DNA from: Azolla caroliniana
Lineage: Eukaryota; Plantae; Polypodiophyta
Reading direction: 5' to 3'
Length of the DNA stretch: 64,000 bases
Assembly (NCBI GenBank): GCA_043228905.1
Contig: JBHGNT010000023.1
Location: 558,001 to 622,000, forward strand
The notes under the pieces were generated by a model. The model searched no databases. It was not told the origin of the DNA and worked only from the letters and a program-made list of their open reading frames with translations. Positions 53,766 through 64,000 of the stretch are shown one piece after another; positions within the stretch are counted from its first letter, which is position 1; every line of letters begins with the position of its first letter. The translations under genes were made by a program, and so were the position numbers.

Positions 53766-55209
53766 TTGGGTCGTGAGACATGAAGATATTAGTAAATTAG
53801 AGGAGGGAGTTGAGAAGAGCGCGTGAGTAAATTAAAATGTTCATAGCTGGCTCGTGTGATCCCGGATTTTTATGTTCAAAGATGCGAATCGAAGCTAACA
53901 ACACTACGTATGATATGGAATGAAAAAATCGAGATTTTGAAACTCAGGACGAGAGACATGAAGAAATTGGTAAATTAGAGGAGGGTATTGCAAGAGCGCG
54001 TGAGTAAATTAAAATGTTCATAGCTGGCTCGTGTGATATCGGATTTTTGTGTTCAGAGATGCGAATCGAAGCTAACAACACTAGCTATGATATGGAATTA
54101 AAAAATCAAGATTTTGAAACTCAGGTCGAGAGACATCAAGAAATTAGTAAATTACATGACGGAGTTGAGAAGCGCGCGTGAGTAAATTAAAATGTTCATA
54201 GCTGGCTCGTGTGATACCGGATTTTTGTGTTCAAAGATGCCAATCGAAGCTAACAACACTAGCTATGATATGAAATGAAAAAATCAAGATTTTGAAACTC
54301 AGGTCGAAAGCGCGTGAGTAAATTAAAATGTTCATAGCTGGCTCGTGTGATATCGGATTTTTGTGTTCAAACATGCGAATCGAAGCTAACAACACTTGCT
54401 ATGATATGGAATTAAAAAATCAAGATTTTGAAACTCAGGTCGAGAGACATGAAGAAATTAGTAAAGTAGGGGAGGGAGTTGAGAAGAGCGCGTGAGTAAA
54501 TTAAAATGTTCATAGCTGGCTCGTGTGATATCGGATTTTAGTGTTCAAACATGCGAATCGAAGCTAACAACACTAACTATGATATGGAATTAAAAAATCA
54601 AGATTTTGAAACTTGGTTCTAGAGATATCAAGAAATTAGTAAATTACATGAGGGAGTTGAGAAGAGCGCGTGAGTAAATTAAAATGTTCATAGCTGGCTC
54701 GTGTGATATCGGATTTTAGTGTTCAAACATGCGAATCAAAGCTAACAACACTAGCTATGATAAGGAATGAAAAAATCAAGATTTTGAAACTCAGGTCGAG
54801 AACCATGAAGATATTAGTAAATTAGAGGAGGGAGTTGAGAAGAGCGCGTGAGTAAATTAAAATGTTCATAGCTGGCTCGTGTGATCCCGGATTTTTATGT
54901 TCAAAGATGCGAATCGAAGCTAACAACACTACGTATGATATGGAATTAAAAAATCAAGATTTTGAAACTCAGGTCGAGAGACATGAAGAAATTAGTAAAT
55001 TAGAGGAGGGTGTTGACAAGAGCGCATGAGTAAATTAAAATTTTCATACCTGGCTCTTGGGATATCGGATTTTAGTGTTCAAAGATGCGAATCGAAGCTA
55101 ACAACACTACCTCTGATATGGAATTAAAAAATCAAGATTTCGAAACTTGGGTCGAGAGACATGAAGAAATTAGCAAATTAGTAAATTAAAATGTTCATAG
55201 CTGGCTCGT

Positions 55210-58200
55210 GTCATATCGGATTTTTGTGTTCAAACATGCGAATCAAAGCTAACAACACTAGCTATGATAAGGAATGAAAAAATCAATATTTTGAAACTCA
55301 GGTCGAGAGACATGAAGAAATTAGTAAATTAGAGGAGGGTGTTGACGAGAGCGCGTGAGTAAATTAAAATGTTCATAGCTGGCTCGTGTGATATCGGATT
55401 TTTGTGTTCAGAGATGCGAATCGAAGCTAACAACACTAGCTATGATATGGAATTAAAAAATCAAAATTTTGAAACTCAGGTCGAGAGACATGAAGAAATT
55501 AGTAAATTAGAGGAGGGTGTTGACAAGAGCGCATGAGTAAATTAAAATGTTCATACCTGGCTCTTGTGATATCGGATTTTAGTGTTCAAAGATGCCAATC
55601 GAAGCTAACAACACTAGCTATGATATGGAATTAAAAAATCAAAATTTCGAAACTTGGGTCGAGAGACATGAAGAAATTAGTAAATTAGGGGAGGGAGTTG
55701 AGAAGAGCGCGTGAGTAAATTAAAATGTTCAGAGCTGGCTCGTGTGATATCGGATTTTTGTGTTCAAACATGCGAATCCAAGCTAACAACACTAGCTATG
55801 ATAAGGAATGAAAAAATCAAGATTTTGAAACTCAGGTCGAGAGACATGAAGAAATTAGTAAATTACATGAGGGTGTTGATAAGAGCGCGTGAGTAAATTA
55901 AAATGTTCATACCTGGCTGTTGTGATATCGGATTTTAGTGTTCAAAGATGCCAATCGAAGCTAACAACACTAGCTATGATATGGAATTAAAAAATCAAAA
56001 TTTCGAAACTTGGGTCGAGAGACATGAAGAAATTAGTAAATTAGGGGAGGGAGTTGAGAAGAGCGCGTGAGTAAATTAAAATGTTCATAGTTGGCTCGTG
56101 TGATATCGGATTTTTGTGTTCAAACATGTGAATCAAAGCTAACAACACTAGCTATGATAAGGAATGAAAAAATCAAGATTTTGAAACTCAGGTCGAGAGA
56201 CATGAAGAAATTAGTAAATTAGAGGAGGGTGTTGACGAGAGCGCGTGAGTAAATTAAAATGTTGATAGCTGGCTCGTGTGATATCGGATTTTAGTGTTCA
56301 AACATGCGAATCGAAGCTAACAACACTAACTATAATATGGAATTAAAAAATCAAGATTTTGAAACTTGGGTCGAGAGACATCAAGAAATTAGTAAATTAG
56401 AGGAGGGTATTGCAAGAGCGCGTGAGTAAATTAAAATGTTCATAGCTGGCTCGTGTGATATCGGATTTTTGTGTTCAGAGATGCGAATCGAAGCTAACAA
56501 CTCTAGCTATGATATGGAATCAAAAAATCAAGATTTTGAAACTTGGGTAGAGAGACATGAAGAAATTAGTAAATTACATGAGGGAGTTGATAAGAGCGCG
56601 TGAGTAAATTAAAATGTTCATAGCTGGCTCGTGTGATATCGGATTTTAGTGTTCAAAGATGCGAATCGAAGCTAACAACACTAGCTATGATAAGGAATGA
56701 AAAAATCAAGATTTTGAAACTCAGGTCGAGAGACATGAAGATATTAGTAAATTAGAGGAGGGAGTTGAGAAGAGCGCGTGAGTAAATTAAAATGTTCATA
56801 GCTGGCTCGTGTGATCCCGGATTTTTATGTTCAAACATGCGAATCGAAGCTAACAACACTAGCTATGATATGGAATTAAAAAATCAAGATTTTGAAACTC
56901 AGGTCGAGAGAGATGAAGAAATTAGTAAATTAGAGGAGGGTATTGCAAGAGCGCGTGAGTAAATTAAAATGTTCAAAGCTGGCTCGTGTGATATCGGATT
57001 TTTGTGTTCAAAGATGCCAATCGAAGCTAAGAACACTAGCTATGATATGGAATTAAAAAATCCAGATTTTGAAACTCAGATCGAGAGACATGAAGAAATT
57101 AGTAAATTAGAGGAGGGTGTTGACAAGAGCGCATGAGTAAATTAAAATGTTCATACCTGGCTCTTGTGATATCGGATTTTTGTGTTCAAAGATATCAATC
57201 GAAGCTAACAACACTAGCTATGATATGGAATTAAAAAATCAAGATTTTGAAACTCAGGTCGAGAGACATGAAGAAATTAGTAAATTAGAGGAGGGTGTTG
57301 ACAAGAGCGCATGAGTAAATTAAAATGTTCATACCTGGCTCTTGTGATATCGGATTTTAGTGTTCAGAGATGCCAATCGAAGCTAAGAACACTAGCTATG
57401 ATATGGAATTAAAAAATCAAGATTTCGAAACTTGGGTCGAGAGACATGAAGAAATTAGTAAATTACATGAGGGAGTTGATAAGAGCGCGTGAGTAAATTA
57501 AAATGTTCATAGCTGGCTCGTGTGATATCGGATTTTAGTGTTCAAAGATGCGAATCGAAGCTAACAACACTAGCTATGATAAGGTATAAAAAAATCAAGA
57601 TTTTGAAACTCAGATCGAGAGACATGAAGATATTAGTAAATTAGAGGAGGGAGTTGAGAAGAGCGCGTGAGTAAATTAAAATGTTCATAGCTGGCTCGTG
57701 TGATCCCGGATTTTTATGTTCAAACATGCGAATCGAAGCTAACAACACTAGCTATGATATGGAATTAAAAAATCAAGATTTTGAACTCAGGTCGAGAGAG
57801 ATGAAGAAATTAGTAAATTAGAGGAGGGTATTGCAAGAGCGCGTGAGTAAATTAAAATGTTCAAAGCTGGCTCGTGTGATATCGGATTTTTGTGTTCAAA
57901 GATGCCAATCGAAGCTAAGAACACTAGCTATGATATGGAATTAAAAAATCAAGATTTTGAAACTCAGATCGAGAGACATGAAGAAATTAGTAAATTAGAG
58001 GAGGGTGTTGACAAGAGCGCATGAGTAAATTAAAATGTTCATACCTGGCTCTTGTGATATCGGATTTTTGTGTTCAAAGATACCAATCAAAGCTAACAAC
58101 ACTAGCTATGATATGGAATTAAAAAATCAAAATTTCGAAACTTGGGTCGAGAGACATGAAGAAATTAGTAAATTAGGGGAGGGAGTTTAGAAGAGCGCGT

Positions 58201-60495
58201 GAGTAAATTAAAATGTTCATAGCTGGCTCGTGTGATATCGGATTTTTGTGTTCAAACATGCGAATCGAAGCTAACAACACTTGCTATGATATGGAATTAA
58301 AAAATCAAGATTTTGAAACTCAGGTCGAAAGACATGAAGAAATTAGTAAAGTAGGGGAGGGTGTTGACGAGAGCGCGTGAGTAAATTAAAATGTTCATAG
58401 CTGGTTCGTGCGATATCGGATTTTAGTGTTCAAACATGCGAATCGAAGCTAACAACACTAACTATGATATGGAAGGGTTTAGGGTTTAGGGTTTAGGGTT
58501 GGGTCGAGAGACATCAAGAAATTAGTAAATTACATGAGGGAGTTGAGACGAGCGCGTGAGTAAATTAAAATGTTCATAGCTGGCTCGTGTGATATCGGAT
58601 TTTAGTGTTCAAACATGCGAATCAAAGCTAACAACACTAGCTATGATAAGGAATGAAAAAATCAAGATTTTGAAACTCAGGTCGAGAGACATGAAGAAAT
58701 TAGTAAATTAGAGGAGGGTGTTGACAAGAGCGCATGAGTAAATTAAAATGTTCATACCTGGCTCTTGTGATATCGGATTTTAGTGTTCAAAGATGCCAAT
58801 CGAAGCTAACAACACTAGCTATGACATGGAATTAAAAAATCAAAATTTCGAAACTTGGGTCGAGAGACATGAAGAAATTAGTAAATTAGGGGAGGGAGTT
58901 GAGAAGAGCGCGTGAGTAAATTAAAATGTTCATAGCTGGCTCGTGTGATATCGGATTTTTGTGTTCAAACATGCGAATCAAAGCTAACAACACTAGCTAT
59001 GATAAGGAATGAAAAAATCAATATTTTGAAACTCAGGTCGAGAGACATGAAGAAATTAGTAAATTAGAGGAGGGTGTTGACGAGAGCGCGTGAGTAAATT
59101 AAAATGTTCATAGCTGGCTCGTGTGATATCGGATTTTTGTGTTCAGAGATGCGAATCGAAGCTAACAACACTAGCTATGATATGGAATTAAAAAATCAAA
59201 ATTTTGAAACTCAGGTCGAGAGACATGAAGAAATTAGTAAATTAGAGGAGGGTGTTGACAAGAGCGCATGAGTAAATTAAAATGTTCATACCTGGCTCTT
59301 GTGATATCGGATTTTAGTGTTCAAAGATGCCAATCGAAGCTAACAACACTAGCTATGATATGGAATTAAAAAATCAAAATTTCGAAACTTGGGTCGAGAG
59401 ACATGAAGAAATTAGTAAATTAGGGGAGGGAGTTGAGAAGAGCGCGTGAGTAAATTAAAATGTTCAGAGCTGGCTCGTGTGATATCGGATTTTTGTGTTC
59501 AAACATGCGAATCCAAGCTAACAACACTAGCTATGATAAGGAATGAAAAAATCAAGATTTTGAAACTCAGGTCGAGAGACATGAAGAAATTAGTAAATTA
59601 CATGAGGGTGTTGATAAGAGCGCGTGAGTAAATTAAAATGTTCATACCTGGCTCTTGTGATATCGGATTTTAGTGTTCAAAGATGACAATCGAAGCTAAC
59701 AACACTAGCTATGATATGGAATTAAAAAATCAAAATTTCGAAACTTGGGTCGAGAGACATGAAGAAATTAGTAAATTAGGGGAGGGAGTTGAGAAGAGCG
59801 CGTGAGTAAATTAAAATGTTCATAGTTGGCTCGTGTGATATCGGATTTTTGTGTTCAAACATGTGAATCAAAGCTAACAACACTAGCTATGATAAGGAAT
59901 GAAAAAATCAAGATTTTGAAACTCAGGTCGAGAGACATGAAGAAATTAGTAAATTAGAGGAGGGTGTTGACGAGAGCGCGTGAGTAAATTAAAATGTTCA
60001 TAGCTGGCTCGTGTGATATCGGATTTTAGTGTTCAAACATGCGAATCGAAGCTAACAACACTAACTATAATATGGAATTAAAAAATCAAGATTTTGAAAC
60101 TTGGGTCGAGAGACATCAAGAAATTAGTAAATTAGAGGAGGGTATTGCAAGAGCGCGTGAGTAAATTAAAATGTTCATAGCTGGCTCGTGTGATATCGGA
60201 TTTTTGTGTTCAGAGATGCGAATCGAAGCTAACAACTCTAGCTATGATATGGAATCAAAAAATCAAGATTTTGAAACTTGGGTAGAGAGACATGAAGAAA
60301 TTAGTAAATTACATGAGGGAGTTGATAAGAGCGCGTGAGTAAATTAAAATGTTCATAGCTGGCTCGTGTGATATCGGATTTTAGTGTTCAAAGATGCGAA
60401 TCGAAGCTAACAACACTAGCTATGATAAGGAATGAAAAAATCAAGATTTTGAAACTCAGGTCGAGAGACATGAAGATATTAGTAAATTAGAGGAG
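55210..60495 (+). repeat. About 1.5-kb block repeated at 3735 bp offset
   Basis: Pseudo-ORFs at 55711 and 59446; ACTATAATATGG, AACTCTAGC and GGGTAGAGAG variants shared. Confidence 0.8.
58475..58498 (+). repeat. Interstitial telomeric tract, copy 11 (flank type A)
   Basis: Same 24-mer, followed by TTGGGTCGAGAGACATCAAG. Confidence 0.97.
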
Positions 60496-62279
60496 GGAGC
60501 TAGGAAGAGCGCGTGAGTAAATTAAAATGTTCATAGCTGGCTCGTGTGATCCCGGATTTTTATGTTCAAAGATGTGAATCGAAGCTAACAACACTACGTA
60601 TGATATGGAATTAAAAAATCAAGATTTTGAAACTCAGGTCGAGAGACATCAAGAAATTAGTGAATTAGAGGAGGGAGCTAAGAAGAGCGCGTGAGTAAAC
60701 TAAAATGTTCATACCTGGCTCGTGTGATCCCGGATTTTTGTGTTCAAAGATGCGAATCGAAGCTAACAACACTAGCTATGATATGGAATTAAAAAATCAA
60801 GATTTTGAAACTTGGGTCGAGAGACATGAAGAAATTAGTAAATTAGAGGAGGGAGCTAGGAAGAGCGCGTGAGTAAATTAAAATGTTCATACCTGGCTCG
60901 TGGTGATCCCGGATTTTTGTGTTCAAAGATGCGAATCGAAGCTAACAACACTAGCTATGATATGAAATGAAAAAATCAAGATTTTGAAACTCAGGTCGAA
61001 AGCGCGTGAGTAAATTAAAATGTTCATAGCTGGCTCGTGTGATATCGGATTTTTGTGTTCAAACATGCGAATCGAAGCTAACAACACTTGCTATGTTATG
61101 GAATTAAAAAATCAAGATTTTGAAACTCAGGTCGAGAGACATGAAGAAATTACTAAAGTAGGGGAGGGAGTTGAGAAGAGCGCGTGAGTAAATTAAAATG
61201 TTCATAGCTGGCTCGTGTGATATCGGATTTTAGTGTTCAAACATGCGAATCGAAGCTAACAACACTAACTATGATATGGAATTAAAAAATCAAGATTTTG
61301 AAACTCAGGTCGAAAGACATGAAGAAATTAGTAAATTAGAGGAGGGTGTTGACGAGAGCGAGTGAGTAAATTAAAATGTTCATAGCTGGCTCGTGTGATA
61401 TCGGATTTTTGTGTTCAAACATGCGAATCGAAGCTAACAACACTTGCTATGATATGGAATTAAAAAATCAAGATTTGGAAACTCAGGTCGAGAGACATCA
61501 AGAAATTAGTAAATTAGGGGAGGGAGTTGAGAAGAGCGCGTGAGTAAATTAAAATGTTCATAGCTGGCTCGTGTGATATCAGATTTTTGTGTTCAAACAT
61601 GAGAATCGAAGCTAACAACACTAGCTATGATATGGAATTAAAAAATCAAGATTTTAAAACTTGGGTCGAGAGACATGAAGAAATTAGTAAATTAGAGGAG
61701 GGTATTGCAAGAGCGCGTGAGTAAATTAAAATGTTCATAGCTGGCTCGTGTGATATCGGATTTTTGTGTTCAGAGATGCGAATCGAAGCTAACAACACTA
61801 GCTATGATATGGAATTAAAAAATCAAGATTTTGAAACTCAGGTCGAGAGACATGAAGAAATTAGTAAATTAGAGGAGGGTGTTGACAAGAGCGCATGAGT
61901 AAATTAAAATGTTCATACCTGGCTCTTGTGATATCGGATTTTAGTGTTCAAAGATGCCAATCGAAGCTAACAACACTAGCTATTATATCGAATTAAAAAA
62001 TCAAAATTTCGAAACTTGGGTCGAGAGATATCAAGAAATTAGTAAATTACATGAGGGAGTTGAGAAGAGCGCGTGAGTAAATTAAAATGTTCATAGCTGG
62101 CTCGTGTGATATCGGATTTTAGTGTTCAAACATGAGAATCGAAGCTAACAACACTAGCTATGATATGGAATTAAAAAATCAAGATTTTGAAACTTGGGTC
62201 GAGAGACATCAAGAAATTAGTAAATTACATGAGGGAGTTGACAAGAGCGCGTGAGTAAATTAAAATCTTCATAGGTGGC

Positions 62280-63720
62280 TCGTGTGATATCGGATTTTAG
62301 TGTTCAAACATGCGAATCAAAGCTAACAACACTAGCTATGATAAGGAATGAAAAAATCAAGATTTTGAAACTCAGGTCGAGAGACATGAAGATATTAGTA
62401 AATTAGAGGAGGGAGTTGAGAAGAGCGCGTGAGTAAATTAAAATGTTCATAGCTGGCTCGTGTGATATCGGATTTTTGTGTTCAAAGATGCCAATCGAAG
62501 CTAACAATACTAGTTATGATATGGAATTAAGAAATCAAGATTTTGAAACTCAGGTCGAGAGACATGAAGAAATTAGTAAATTAGGGGAGGGAGTTGAGAA
62601 GAGCGCGTGAGTAAATTAAAATGTTCATAGCTGGCTCGTGTGATATCGGATTTTTGTGTTCAAACATGCGAATCGAAGCTAACAACACTTGCTATGATAT
62701 GGAATTAAAAAATCAAGATTTTGAAACTCAGGTCGAGAGACATGAAGAAATTAGTAAAGTAGGGGAGAGAGTTGAGAAGAGCGCATGAGTAAATTAAAAT
62801 GTTCATACCTGGCTCTTGTGATATCGGATTTTAGTGTTCAAAGATGCCAATCGAAGCTAACAACACTAGCTATGATATGGAATTAAAAAATCAAAATTTC
62901 GAAACTTGGGTCGAGAGACATGAAGAAATTAGTAAATTAGGGGAGGGAGTTGAGAAGAGCGCGTGAGTAAATTAAAATGTTCATAGCTGGCTCGTGTGAT
63001 ATCGGATTTTAGTGTTCAAACATGCGAATCAAAGCTAACAACACTAGCTATGATAAGGAATGAAAAAATCAAGATTTTGAAACTCAGGTCGAGAGACATG
63101 AAGATATTAGTAAATTAGAGGAGGGAGTTGAGAAGAGCGCGTGAGTAAATTAAAATGTTCATAGCTGGCTCGTGTGATATCGGATTTTTGTGTTCAAAGA
63201 TGCCAATCGAAGCTAACAATACTAGTTATGATATGGAATTAAGAAATCAAGATTTTGAAACTCAGGTCGAGAGACATGAAGAAATTAGTAAATTAGGGGA
63301 GGGAGTTGAGAAGAGCGCGTGAGTAAATTAAAATGTTCATAGCTGGCTCGTGTGATATCGGATTTTTGTGTTCAAACATGCGAATCGAAGCTAACAACAC
63401 TTGCTATGATATGGAATTAAAAAATCAAGATTTTGAAACTCAGGTCGAGAGACATGAAGAAATTAGTAAAGTAGGGGAGAGAGTTGAGAAGAGCGCATGA
63501 GTAAATTAAAATGTTCATACCTGGCTCTTGTGATATCGGATTTTAGTGTTCAAAGATGCCAATCGAAGCTAACAACACTAGCTATGATATGGAATTAAAA
63601 AATCAAAATTTCGAAACTTGGGTCGAGAGACATGAAGAAATTAGTAAATTAGGGGAGGGAGTTGAGAAGAGCGCGTGAGTAAATTAAAATGTTCATAGCT
63701 GGCTCGTGTGATATCGGATT
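62280..63720 (+). repeat. 4-monomer (712 bp) duplication
   Basis: AGGGGAGAGA at 62761 and 63473; TTAAGAAATC variant repeats. Confidence 0.85.
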
Positions 63721-64000
63721 TTTGTGTTCAAACATGTGAATGAAAGCTAACAACACTTGCTATGATAAGGAATGAGAAAATCAAGATTTTGAAACTCAGG
63801 TCGAGAGACATGAAGAAATTAGTAAATTAGGGGAGGGAGTTGACAAGAGCGCGAGAGTAAATTAAAATGTTCATACCTGGCTCGTGTGATCCCGGATTTT
63901 TGTGTTCAAACATGCGAATCGAAGCTAAAGACACTTGCTATGATATGGAATTAAAAAATCAAGATTTTGAAACTCAGGTCGAGAGACATCAAGAAATTAG

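Larger units (their letters stand above)
45250..55890 (+). repeat. 4664-bp tandem duplication with an extra 1299 bp in the first copy
   Basis: Offsets of 4664 (48313/52977, 49078/53742, 50510/55174, 51047/55711) and of 5963 (45716/51679, 46524/52487). Confidence 0.87.
1..64000 (+). repeat. Tandem satellite array, 178-bp monomer, head-to-tail, about 365 copies (centromere/heterochromatin-like)
   Basis: CTATGATATGG recurs at 1, 179, 357 and onward. The same monomer continues in one orientation across the window with no unique sequence. Confidence 0.99.

Noticed and set aside
41265-58498. True chromosome end or telomere fusion site
   Set aside because: The tracts are only 24 bp, all in one orientation and embedded at a fixed monomer position, with no head-to-head CCCTAAA array.
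51047-59631. Three 61 aa ORFs (MSKLKCSEL...)
   Set aside because: Chance loss of stop codons in a duplicated satellite monomer (CATAG>CAGAG); useful only as duplication markers.
1-64000. CRISPR array, tandem RNA gene (5S/tRNA) or transposon insertion
   Set aside because: No unique spacers, no recognisable RNA gene motifs, no LTRs, TIRs or target-site duplications, and no non-satellite sequence other than the 24-bp tracts.

Overview
The whole 64 kb window is one uninterrupted, single-orientation tandem satellite array of roughly 365 monomers. The consensus unit is 178 bp (CTATGATATGGAATTAAAAAATCAAGATTTTGAAACTCAGGTCGAGAGACATGAAGAAATTAGTAAATTAGGGGAGGGAGTTGAGAAGAGCGCGTGAGTAAATTAAAATGTTCATAGCTGGCTCGTGTGATATCGGATTTTTGTGTTCAAACATGCGAATCGAAGCTAACAACACTAG). 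It looks like centromeric or heterochromatic satellite from a eukaryote with Arabidopsis-type TTTAGGG telomeres, most likely a plant, but I do not recognise the family. I see no genes, transposons, RNA genes or inversions, and the listed ORFs are chance read-throughs. The main observation is a variant monomer, present 11 times between 41.2 and 58.5 kb, in which a 23-bp A/T-tract dyad is replaced by 24 bp of perfect telomere repeat, GGG(TTTAGGG)3. This replacement nearly preserves monomer length (179 bp), equals a minimal G-quadruplex unit, has a single origin and was then amplified with the satellite. The array also holds two independent deletion monomers that both measure 136 bp (one expanding from singles to triplets and joining the telomeric monomer in a new 765-bp composite unit), 153- and 151-bp repair-scar monomers, and nested duplications of 0.7-7.6 kb whose order can be partly read. 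All counts and coordinates were read by eye, and duplication boundaries are approximate.
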